Shown here one piece after another: positions 1-8,452 of a stretch of DNA of 64,000 nucleotides (positions are counted from its first letter, which is position 1; each line of letters begins with the position of its first letter). Location of the stretch: the NCBI GenBank assembly GCA_902596775.1, contig CACJVE010000006.1:5962-69961 (forward strand), read 5' to 3'. The position numbers and the translations under genes are program-made. Source of the DNA: an uncultured SAR92 cluster bacterium (GTDB taxonomy: Bacteria > Pseudomonadota > Gammaproteobacteria > Pseudomonadales > Porticoccaceae). A model generated the notes under the pieces. That model was not told the DNA's origin. It searched no databases and was given only the letters and a program-made list of their open reading frames with translations.

Positions 1-819
1 CACGCCTACGATATCAACTCTGGTTGGTTTTGACAGCACATCCAGTTTTATGACTTTGCCTTTCACCAATTCTACGGCCATTGCAAGATCAGGGCAGTGG
101 CACAAGCAATCAGAATTAATGACAAGCTCTTTACCCATATGCAACGAATCAATGGATACCACTTTCAACTTCTTCTTGATTAAACCGGGACTCTCTTTAA
201 GGCGGGGATAATACGGCGTAATTGCTGGAGCCTTGCTATTAAACATCCAAGGGTAAGGCTGCAGGTCTCTGGATTTAAGTGGCCGATCTAGCTTTCCTAG
301 GGGATGATCGATGGCACAAAAAGTACTAAAATTGCTACGAGTCATTAATTGAGAGATTAATGATTGAGGTACTGCTCCGTTAGAAGGCATAGAAACAAAT
401 CCTATATCAACAATCCCATCCTCCAAGTCGCTGAAAATGTCCTCGTAGTGGGATTCACTAAACTCGAGAGAGACGGTCGGATAATTTTCGTTAACCTTGG
501 CAGTCAACTCTCCAATGAAGTCGCCCGAGCGTATGTCACCCATTCCAATTCGGATGATAGCATTGCTAGCCTTTAGCTCTGCCTGAGCGAGGCGTAAATA
601 CTCCAGTGTCCGCTTAGCATGAGGATAAAAGTCTTTGCCTTTGGCATTCAGGACAAGACCTCGCCCCCGTCGCACAAAAAGAGAGACGCCCAACTGATTC
701 TCTAATCGTTTAATACTGCTGCTTAGACCAGGTTGTGAGATATGTTGGTCATCTGCCGCAGCATGAGCTGTTCCCGTTTCCACTAGAGCTACAAAGTGTC
801 TTAGTTGTCTGATATCCAT
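1..819 (-). CDS. LysR-family transcriptional regulator (C-terminal end runs off the window start)
   Basis: Not in the ORF track because there is no stop in the window. Manual minus-strand translation from the ATG at 817-819 gives MDIRQLRHFVALVETGTAHAAADDQHISQPGLSSSIKRLENQLGVSLFVRRGRG..., the canonical LysR winged-HTH N-terminus. The frame stays open for 273 codons to position 1. Confidence 0.8.
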   Translation of the reverse strand, partial: MDIRQLRHFVALVETGTAHAAADDQHISQPGLSSSIKRLENQLGVSLFVRRGRGLVLNAKGKDFYPHAKRTLEYLRLAQAELKASNAIIRIGMGDIRSGDFIGELTAKVNENYPTVSLEFSESHYEDIFSDLEDGIVDIGFVSMPSNGAVPQSLISQLMTRSNFSTFCAIDHPLGKLDRPLKSRDLQPYPWMFNSKAPAITPYYPRLKESPGLIKKKLKVVSIDSLHMGKELVINSDCLCHCPDLAMAVELVKGKVIKLDVLSKPTRVDIVGV

Positions 820-967
820 GCTATGGGCGGCCCACCTCAAAGGTTGTCCAAACTAAAAACAAGCTTGTTGTTGTTCGTTGTAACTCAAAATATTTATAAA
901 TGTGTTTAAGAATAATGACTAAATATCACCCTAAGATCAAGAAACGGCATTTTTATATCTACAGGTA

Positions 968-1000
968 TAAAAAAACGCCACCCTAAACGGATGGCGTTTT
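968..1000 (-). terminator. Rho-independent terminator after the TonB-dependent receptor gene
   Basis: The minus strand reads AAAACGCCATCCGTTTAGGGTGGCGTTTTTTT. This is a 7-bp GC-containing stem (ACGCCA.../...TGGCGT) followed by a T-run, 14 nt after the stop at 1014. Confidence 0.7.
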
Positions 1001-1013
1001 ATGCTTCATTTAA

Positions 1014-3308
1014 TTATTTATTTAGTGTGAATCTTATACCGACTGTTCTAGGTCTCAATGTCATATGACGATCATCAAAGAATGTCTGAGGCATGATAAA
1101 GGTATAGCCATCATCATCAAACGCATTTTCAGCATACAACACTGCCGACCACTTATCTGTAACATATCCTAGGCTTAGATCAACCTTTGTTACGTCGTCT
1201 GTGTAACCAAAGTTTGCCGATGGCACGCCGGCTTGTCCTGGAGTGAATGGGAATCCATTTGTCATACTATCGACATAGGATAGGTCCACTCGCCAGAACA
1301 TCTCATTGCCTCCCGATAGTGGAGTTGTGTTCTGAATATGCCCAGAAACTTGCATATCAGGAGAACTCAATGGGCTACCAACGACAGCTCCAACCATAGT
1401 AGACTCGACTTCAGAAATGGACGTAATCTCCGCATCTTGCGAGGCAATGCTAAGCCCATACTCAAAGCTTTCGTTTGGTCGTCCGATTATATCAAGCTCC
1501 ACACCAGTCGACTCAGCCTCACCAGCGTTAGTGAAGAAAGTCGCTGGATCACTAAGGCGCTGAGCAAAGAGTTGGATATCTTCCCAAACCATTTTGTACA
1601 CAGCCACGTTGGCACTGATGGTATCCCACTGCCCTTTCATACCAGCCTCGTAGTTCCATAGTGTATCTGGCTTCGAAAGTTTGGGAATTACCGTATCAGT
1701 CGGATCAACCGTACTTACACCATCATTAACAAAAGCGGCCCGATTGACATCATTAGCTCTGAAACCCTCTGACGCAGTAGCATAGTAGTTGACATTATCA
1801 CTTGCCTGCCAGGCCAAACTAAATTTCATCGTATTGGGCTTTACCTTACCCGGGGCATACTCACCGTAGTTATAAGGCACTGGAGTAAACGAGTCTCCTC
1901 CCATGAAGACCACGGGTCCAAGGAAAGAGCCGATACTACTAGATCCACCTGCCGTCCTCATATTTTTAATCTCTACCTCGGACGTTCTAAAACCAACTGT
2001 CGCTTTCAAGGAGTCAGTAACTTGGTAACCTACTTCGGCAAAGAATGCTGTTTCCGTTAGATTGTCAGTCACAGGGCTTCCATAAATAAAGGCATTGTTT
2101 GTGTTCATATAGTCGTTACTCATACCGCCAATACTGCCACCTTTAGAGTCAACAAATGCATCAGTTGTATGGAAGACCTGATTCTCAAGAACCTCTCTAT
2201 CCATATGGAACGCACCTATAACCCAATCAAGATCGGAGTCTGTTGTTGAAACCATTCGTACCTCCTGCACGAAAGCTTCACTCTTGTCCTCTCTAACAAT
2301 ACCCATCGGGAATGCCCCACCAAGAACAGCGCTCAGGTCGGTCTCTTGCCAGGGATCCGTTTCAGAGAAGTTGCTTGATGAAGTAATAGTCGCAAAATCT
2401 AAATCATAATTTAGAGTCAAATTGAACCTGTTTAGTTTTGCCTCAACCATTTCCGCCTTGAAGTTACTTCTAGTTTGACCCTCCAAATTTGGATTAACAG
2501 TCCCGCCGTCGTCAGATAAATTATCCTGATACATGTATGTGAAATCCGCAGTGAGGCGATCGTTAACTTCCCAACCGATCGCTGCCTTGAGTGCGACAGA
2601 CTCATAATTATTTGAAGGGTCCATTCCAATACCTGTATTAGCAACCCAACCTGCTTCGTCAGCGATCGAGGCGGACATCCTAAAAGCCATGGAATTACTC
2701 AACGGGACATTGTACATCGCGTTATACCGCCGCCTCATTTCACCGCTAGTCGTTCCAATATCACTTGAGAATTTATAATCAACACCACTAGGGTCAGGTT
2801 TCTTGGAGATGATCCTTATGGCTCCGGATAGTGTTCCAGCGCCGAAAAGTGTCCCCTGAGGACCTTTTAGAACCTCAACTCTCTCTACATCCCATAAGCC
2901 AAAGGACGTATTGACCGTACTCTTTCCGTCCTGCATAGGCATTTCGTCCAGGTATACCGCGACAGGCTTTTGGAGACCCTCCAAGTTTTGGCCAACTGCA
3001 ATACCTCTCATGACAAAGGTTGGATTTAAGTTACTTGACGCCTCGGCATACGTGAGCCCAGGAACAGCACTGGCAATCGACCCCATATCAAAAAGCCCTT
3101 TCGATTCGATGGTGCTTTCTCCTAAAACAGAAATGGACATTGGAACATCACGCAAGCGCTCTTCCCTTTTTGTTGCCGTTACAGTGATTTCATCAATCGC
3201 TTCGCCGCTTTGGGCAATGGCAGATGATGCTCCAAACCCAAGCGCAAGGAAGGCGCTTAAGCCAGTCACCTGTAACCGATTTATTTTTATCCTTGAAAGT
3301 TTTTCCAT
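1014..3308 (-). CDS. TonB-dependent outer-membrane receptor
   Basis: 770-aa ORF with a signal peptide (LSAFLALGFGASSAIAQS). It has a plug-domain motif (DEITVTATKREERLRDVPMSISVL; VEVLKGPQGTLFGAGTLSGAIRI) and a long beta-barrel-type sequence ending in an aromatic-rich C-terminus. The start is set at the internal Met (MEKLS), which is preceded by a G-rich SD. The ORF is open to 3326. Confidence 0.9.
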   Translation of the reverse strand: MEKLSRIKINRLQVTGLSAFLALGFGASSAIAQSGEAIDEITVTATKREERLRDVPMSISVLGESTIESKGLFDMGSIASAVPGLTYAEASSNLNPTFVMRGIAVGQNLEGLQKPVAVYLDEMPMQDGKSTVNTSFGLWDVERVEVLKGPQGTLFGAGTLSGAIRIISKKPDPSGVDYKFSSDIGTTSGEMRRRYNAMYNVPLSNSMAFRMSASIADEAGWVANTGIGMDPSNNYESVALKAAIGWEVNDRLTADFTYMYQDNLSDDGGTVNPNLEGQTRSNFKAEMVEAKLNRFNLTLNYDLDFATITSSSNFSETDPWQETDLSAVLGGAFPMGIVREDKSEAFVQEVRMVSTTDSDLDWVIGAFHMDREVLENQVFHTTDAFVDSKGGSIGGMSNDYMNTNNAFIYGSPVTDNLTETAFFAEVGYQVTDSLKATVGFRTSEVEIKNMRTAGGSSSIGSFLGPVVFMGGDSFTPVPYNYGEYAPGKVKPNTMKFSLAWQASDNVNYYATASEGFRANDVNRAAFVNDGVSTVDPTDTVIPKLSKPDTLWNYEAGMKGQWDTISANVAVYKMVWEDIQLFAQRLSDPATFFTNAGEAESTGVELDIIGRPNESFEYGLSIASQDAEITSISEVESTMVGAVVGSPLSSPDMQVSGHIQNTTPLSGGNEMFWRVDLSYVDSMTNGFPFTPGQAGVPSANFGYTDDVTKVDLSLGYVTDKWSAVLYAENAFDDDGYTFIMPQTFFDDRHMTLRPRTVGIRFTLNK

Positions 3309-3518
3309 AATTGACCCCCCAGTCAAAATAGTTTTTTTTTACAGTTAAACTTTTGAGACACATAATATCTACCAACAATATTTTATTAATTAATAACCTA
3401 ATGCTATTGGAAAAAGACCCTGAAAAAAGTTGACTCGACTCCAAGTAGAGGGAGTTCTTATATTCTCGCAAGCAAATAAGCATAATCTAAATTTTTGGGA
3501 GAGCTTTTTTGTGTTGAT

Positions 3519-4184
3519 TTATGTAATCCAACCTCCCGCAAGAGGTAAAATTTGACCGACCATATGATTAGATTTTTCGTTGGCAAGGTAGGCAGCTAAC
3601 TCAGCAGTTTCTTCAGACGATCCAATCTTTGTTGTAGGGACATTTCGATTAAGGTGATTGATGAACTTTTCATCTTTTAAAAGATCGTCAGGATAGTAGG
3701 TATCATTGTGAATATAATTCTGAGCAATAGCATTAACCTGAATATTAGAACGAGCCAACTCAAGGCCAACAGCTTTTATAAAACTATTTTGGGCACCTCT
3801 TGCCGCACAATAAGCACTATTATTGGGGATACCCTTCAAAGGAGCAGCACTCGTAATTGCAATAATTTTACCTGACGCCCTTTCTAGCATTTGCGGAATA
3901 GTGGCTCGAACTGTATACATCAACGGGTGCACCAACTGGTCAAATAATGTCGTCCAGTCATCACTCTTGAGCTGCTCCAATGCCCCTGTCACTGGTGGAT
4001 GAGCAAAATTAGCAACCAAAACATCAATATGACCCGCGGCATCGACTGCTTCTACAACTTGATTCTCAGTGATCATTGGCGAGCGCCCTGCAGTTACGTC
4101 AAACTCAAGGTTTTGAAACTTCTTTTGAATAGCTGGACCCATGTAGCGATCAGCACAAGTAATAAGAACCCGACGTTTTGCCAT
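3519..4184 (-). CDS. Halohydrin dehalogenase-like protein (SDR-derived, non-NAD-binding)
   Basis: 221 aa with an SDR fold, but the Gly-rich TGxxxGxG dinucleotide motif is replaced by T-x4-Y-x-G (TCADRYMG, residues 9-16). The catalytic motif is S-x12-Y-x3-R (S-AAPLKGIPNNSA-Y-CAA-R) instead of the SDR YxxxK. By eye it aligns with Agrobacterium HheC around SGxIIxITSA...Y..AR and IxVxAIxPNY. The HheC sequence was recalled from memory. Confidence 0.65.
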   Translation of the reverse strand: MAKRRVLITCADRYMGPAIQKKFQNLEFDVTAGRSPMITENQVVEAVDAAGHIDVLVANFAHPPVTGALEQLKSDDWTTLFDQLVHPLMYTVRATIPQMLERASGKIIAITSAAPLKGIPNNSAYCAARGAQNSFIKAVGLELARSNIQVNAIAQNYIHNDTYYPDDLLKDEKFINHLNRNVPTTKIGSSEETAELAAYLANEKSNHMVGQILPLAGGWIT

Positions 4185-4220
4185 TTAACTATGTACCTTT
4201 TTATTTATCGATCGCAAAAC

Positions 4221-5060
4221 TTACTTATACAAACCGTCTGCCATCTGTTCCAAACCTCGAAATATCATTGTCGGATCTTTGCGCTTTAGTTCAACCATCT
4301 TTGCAGAGTCACAATCACCAATAACGAACTCATCTGCCTTGCAGGCCAGCTGCGGTAAAATATCCTTAGCTGCCTCTTCTGCAGTCATACCCTCAGTCAT
4401 AACGCCCTCCTCAGCACCAATTACCGACCCGTCTCCGGTCATAGCATTGGCAACTGCTCCTGTTTTAACAAGGCCTGGAATGATCGTGCTAACTTTAATA
4501 CCGTGATAAGCCACCTCCGCACGAAGCGCGTCAAGAAACCCGATTAATCCGAATTTGGTAGCGCAGTAAGCCGTCCTCAAAGGAACCCCAACTTTGCCAG
4601 CAACACTTGACGTTCCTACAATATGACCTGATTTTTGATTGATCATAATGGGCAATACCTGTTTAGTCAGCGCTATTGGGCCAATAAGATTTACCTCCAA
4701 AGCCGTACGATAAACGTCTATCTTTATGTCAGTGCAGAAATCACGAACACCCACCCCAGCATTATTGATGAGTAAGTCGATTTTGGAATATTTTTCCATA
4801 ACCTTATTAACTGCTCCTGGCATAGCATCCAAGTCCACCACGTCCAAAGGCAACACGAGCATACTCCCATGATCAGCTCCTGCTTCAAAGCATCGATCCC
4901 TGACACACTCAAGTTTTTTTTGATTACGCGCAGACAGCACCAACTTTGAACCAGCCCTTGCAAATGCCACCGCCATCTCTTCTCCGATACCACCTGAAGC
5001 GCCTGTTATCCATACTACTTTCTCAGCAAATGCTTGTTGATTACTTATTTGTTCATCCAT
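4221..5060 (-). CDS. Classical short-chain dehydrogenase/reductase (SDR) oxidoreductase
   Basis: 279 aa with a TGASGGIG Rossmann motif, NNAG, and the catalytic S...YCATK (YxxxK). Confidence 0.85.
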   Translation of the reverse strand: MDEQISNQQAFAEKVVWITGASGGIGEEMAVAFARAGSKLVLSARNQKKLECVRDRCFEAGADHGSMLVLPLDVVDLDAMPGAVNKVMEKYSKIDLLINNAGVGVRDFCTDIKIDVYRTALEVNLIGPIALTKQVLPIMINQKSGHIVGTSSVAGKVGVPLRTAYCATKFGLIGFLDALRAEVAYHGIKVSTIIPGLVKTGAVANAMTGDGSVIGAEEGVMTEGMTAEEAAKDILPQLACKADEFVIGDCDSAKMVELKRKDPTMIFRGLEQMADGLYK

Positions 5061-5120
5061 AGGGTAAATCCTTATTCATTGTTAACATCAAAACTCTTAT
5101 TTTACATTACTCACTAGATT

Positions 5121-6167
5121 CTATGTTGTTTTAAAGAAATCAATCGCCACTCTCGCTAACTCCTCTCCCGCATCATCCTGAGGGTAGTGCCCTGAATCTG
5201 CAATAGTGCAATGATTCTGACCGCGAGCGCCCGGAATACTTTCCTGCATTCTTGCAATCATCGGACTCTCATTTTTATAAACCTTGAACTCAAGAAACGT
5301 TGCACAGGGACCTCTTGTGGGCAGAAGTGAAGCACTAAATGCGGTCAGGAAAGGTTTTTCGAACTTCTCAAGTTCTTTCCATGCACGCCGATTATCCGGT
5401 ATTGCAGGGTTATCTGGTATCATTGGAACTAACGTAGGGAACTCTCTCGCTCCCTGCTTGTAGGATTCGTCAGGAAAAGGAGCTGCATAAGCCCTGTATT
5501 CCTCATCAGAGCATTCATTCAGCCAAAAACGCATAACCGCTCCAGGATCAAAATCCTCATAAGCATCACAGTGCTTGACCCAATAAAAGAAGCCCGGTCG
5601 ACCATCTTTAGCGCTCAGAGCCTGTTTGGTGACCTCCTCAATAGGTAGGGCTGGCGTCTGATCTAAAAGTCTGCGTAACTCAGGTGTCTTTTCCTCAGGG
5701 ATACCAGTTCCATCTCCCAGACCTGTGTTAGTCACTACAATGCGCGCGAATCGTTCTGGCATATCCGCAGCATTTCGCAACGCAATTGGTCCACCCCAAT
5801 CCTGGGCTATCAGATTGATATTTCTAAGATCCAGTCCTTCAATAAAGTTCCGTAACCATGCGACATGTCGAGAAAACGTATAGTCTGACCGCTTCGTCGG
5901 CTTATCCGATCGACCGAAACCAACAATGTCTGGAACAATAACTCTGAAGCCAGCCTCAGCAAGCGGCATAATCATTTTCCTAAAAGAGTAGCTCCAATTT
6001 GGTTGACCATGCATACAGAGTAAAGGCTCGCCATCAGGGGCCCCCTCATCGATATAGTGCATTCTAATTGTTCCACCATCCTCGTCATCAATATTGATAT
6101 AGTGGGGTTCGAACGGAAAATCAACGAGATCTCTAAATCTCTCGTCTGGAGTTCTAAGTACTTCCAT
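5121..6167 (-). CDS. Haloalkane dehalogenase, HLD-I / DhlA-like alpha/beta hydrolase
   Basis: 348 aa. The N-terminal two thirds align by eye with Xanthobacter DhlA. Shared motifs are RTPDERF..FPF.P.Y, HGQPNWSYSFRKM, GFGRSDKP, DYTF, LDLRNI.L..QDWGG (nucleophile elbow plus halide-binding Trp), a cap Trp in GFFYW, AAPFPD.SY, and His in ADSGHY. Confidence 0.8.
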   Translation of the reverse strand: MEVLRTPDERFRDLVDFPFEPHYINIDDEDGGTIRMHYIDEGAPDGEPLLCMHGQPNWSYSFRKMIMPLAEAGFRVIVPDIVGFGRSDKPTKRSDYTFSRHVAWLRNFIEGLDLRNINLIAQDWGGPIALRNAADMPERFARIVVTNTGLGDGTGIPEEKTPELRRLLDQTPALPIEEVTKQALSAKDGRPGFFYWVKHCDAYEDFDPGAVMRFWLNECSDEEYRAYAAPFPDESYKQGAREFPTLVPMIPDNPAIPDNRRAWKELEKFEKPFLTAFSASLLPTRGPCATFLEFKVYKNESPMIARMQESIPGARGQNHCTIADSGHYPQDDAGEELARVAIDFFKTT

Positions 6168-6219
6168 AGATAACTCGCTTTATTTGTACACTGCTAATCA
6201 GCAAGTATAGAACAATACC

Positions 6220-6263
6220 AATCTATTGAAGTCTATTAACAGATAGATGTAGATCAATAGATT
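6220..6263. promoter_or_regulatory. Nested imperfect palindrome (candidate operator) in the divergent spacer between the dehalogenase operon and the DUF3604 gene
   Basis: AATCTATTGAAGTCTATTAACAGATAGATGTAGATCAATAGATT. The outer 10-bp arms AATCTATTGA/TCAATAGATT are perfect inverted repeats. There is also an inner TCTAT..ATAGA pair. Confidence 0.3.
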
Positions 6264-6463
6264 CTTGTTATGCAGAGTTTGTTGTCCAAAATTTAGAAAT
6301 GCATCTCGAAAAATTTCTTACATGGTTTTTTAAATCCTTAAGTGATAACTTACCGTTATTAGACTTTTGAATGGTACTAAATAAATAATAGTCAGAGGGA
6401 TCCCAAGGAAGTGCACACAAAACATATTCTAGCCCATCAGGAAAAAGAACCGGATATAAAAAG

Positions 6464-8434
6464 ATGCCATCGAAAATGTTAGGAAAATCAACTTTATCCA
6501 AACGCAGAGCTTCAATCTATTTTGCACTTTTCACTTCCGCTACCATTACGGGGTGCAACGATAATGCCTCCTCCGATAAACCGCTAACCTCCAGTATGGC
6601 CTCAAAGGAAGTTACTCAAGTTATTCCTAAAAATCCTGATAAAAATGCCTATTTTGGTGACCTTCACGTTCACACAAGTTACTCATTCGACGCATTTCTC
6701 TTTGGAGTCAGGGCAGAACCAGATGACGCATACCGGTTTGCACAAGGCGCCAGTCTGGATCATGTTGGTGGTTTTGAGATGAAACTCAAGTCACCATTAG
6801 ATTTTTTTTCTGTAACAGATCATGGGGTTATGTTGGGGCACTACAGGGCCATGGCTGATCCAAACCATCCTTTATCAAATCATCCAGATGCTAGAATTGC
6901 CGCTCAGCCCAAGACACACAAAGAAAGGGAAATGGCATTTGCCTTAGCAAGAGATTGGGTAACACCTAGCCCTCGGCAGGGAGAAATAAATGACTCAACG
7001 ATTATTCAATCAAGCTGGGCAGAAATTGTTTCTAGCGCAAATCGACACAATAAGCCGGGAGAATTCACCGCCTTTATCGGGTATGAATACACCACCACCG
7101 GAGAGGTAGATCAAGCAAACCTGCATCGCAATGTAATCTTTGCTGGAGATAAAGCGCCACTATCGCCATTTTCTCGCCTTGATTCCGAAAATCCTGAAGA
7201 TTTATGGCGGTGGATGGATCAGCTTCGCGATCAAGGAATCGATTCTATTGCGATACCCCACAACTCAAATGGCTCCAATGGTCAAATGTTCAGCCTGACT
7301 GATTTTTCGGGAAAAGATTTTACTCAAGAGTATTCAGACATCCGGATGAGAAATGAGCCATTGGTTGAAATCAGCCAAATTAAGGGAACATCAGAGACTC
7401 ATCCTAAGCTATCGCCAGCGGACCAATGGGCTGATTTTGAGATTGAGCCTCGCATTGTAAGTTCGCCAAAAATCAGCAAAGTTAAAGGGAGCTACGTGCG
7501 AGATGCATATCTTGAAGGTCTAAAACTGTCCTCGGAAAAAGGGTTTGATCCCTTCAGATTCGGTGTTGTCGGCTCCAGTGATTCACACAACGGAAGCAGT
7601 GGCGGTACTGAGGACGATTATTTTCTTAAGGTTGGAATGCTTGATGCTAAAGCCGAGGATCGAGGCTCGCTGCCTAAGAAGGTTAATAGTGACGGCCAAC
7701 GATATTATTCCAACACCGGCTTGGTACACTTTGGAGCATCAGGGTTAGCTGGCGTTTGGGCTGAGAAAAATACCCGCGAAGCGATTTATGACAGCATGCG
7801 GCAGAAAGAGACTTTTGGCACCAGTGGTACGAGGATTAAATTACGATTTTTTGCAGGCTATAAATTACCAAAGCTGCGAAGAACTGACTTTATTAGTGCA
7901 GCATACAAAGTAGGTGTCCCGATGGGAGGCCAACTTAACCAAACACAGAACGAAATTCCAGAGTTTATTGTGTGGGCTACTCGTGATCCAAAAAGTGCCC
8001 CACTAGAGAGAGTGCAAATCATCAAAGGTTGGTTGAGTAGCACTGGCGTTCAGGAGCGAGTTTATGACGTGGCATGCGCTAACGGTATGAAGGTCAACCA
8101 AGCATCGCACCGATGCCCTGAGGTTGCCCCCTCTGTAAATCTCGAAGATTGTAGCTATGATGAACAAGTAGGCTCAGTAGAACTGAAAACTCGCTGGCAG
8201 GATCCTGACTTTGATTCTAGTGAGCGGGCATTCTACTATGTTCGTGTTTTAGAATCGCCAATCTGTAGATGGTCTACTTGGGATGCTATCCGAGCTGGAG
8301 TAGATCCAAGAACTGACAAAGATCAAACAATTAAACCATTGGAAGGCGTTACACCAGTAGGCGATAAGGATATCCTTATTCAAGAGCGCGCTTGGTCATC
8401 CCCAATATGGTATCAACCAAGTTATAGCGGCTGA
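6464..8434 (+). CDS. DUF3604-family secreted lipoprotein (PHP-like metal-binding N-terminal motif)
   Basis: 656 aa with a lipobox ATITGC after a hydrophobic leader. GDLHVHTSYSFDAF is the typical DUF3604/PHP-type His motif. The length and C-terminal WSSPIWY are typical of the family. An alternative start is Met at 6476. Confidence 0.7.
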   Translation: MPSKMLGKSTLSKRRASIYFALFTSATITGCNDNASSDKPLTSSMASKEVTQVIPKNPDKNAYFGDLHVHTSYSFDAFLFGVRAEPDDAYRFAQGASLDHVGGFEMKLKSPLDFFSVTDHGVMLGHYRAMADPNHPLSNHPDARIAAQPKTHKEREMAFALARDWVTPSPRQGEINDSTIIQSSWAEIVSSANRHNKPGEFTAFIGYEYTTTGEVDQANLHRNVIFAGDKAPLSPFSRLDSENPEDLWRWMDQLRDQGIDSIAIPHNSNGSNGQMFSLTDFSGKDFTQEYSDIRMRNEPLVEISQIKGTSETHPKLSPADQWADFEIEPRIVSSPKISKVKGSYVRDAYLEGLKLSSEKGFDPFRFGVVGSSDSHNGSSGGTEDDYFLKVGMLDAKAEDRGSLPKKVNSDGQRYYSNTGLVHFGASGLAGVWAEKNTREAIYDSMRQKETFGTSGTRIKLRFFAGYKLPKLRRTDFISAAYKVGVPMGGQLNQTQNEIPEFIVWATRDPKSAPLERVQIIKGWLSSTGVQERVYDVACANGMKVNQASHRCPEVAPSVNLEDCSYDEQVGSVELKTRWQDPDFDSSERAFYYVRVLESPICRWSTWDAIRAGVDPRTDKDQTIKPLEGVTPVGDKDILIQERAWSSPIWYQPSYSG

Positions 8435-8452
8435 TGCACCGAGAAGTATGAT

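Noticed and set aside
364-576. 70-aa plus-strand ORF.
   Set aside because: It lies entirely antisense within the LysR regulator gene, which has an unmistakable HTH N-terminus. It is a shadow ORF.
1338-3483. Several ORFs (1338-1661+, 2432-2644-, 2911-3348+, 3193-3483-).
   Set aside because: They are antisense or out-of-frame overlaps of the TonB-dependent receptor gene or its leader. They have no motifs and low-complexity composition.
6268-6501. 77-aa minus-strand ORF in the spacer between the dehalogenase and DUF3604 genes.
   Set aside because: It overlaps the DUF3604 start and signal-peptide codons. It has no SD, no recognisable motif and no transcriptional logic. It is kept only as a remote possibility.
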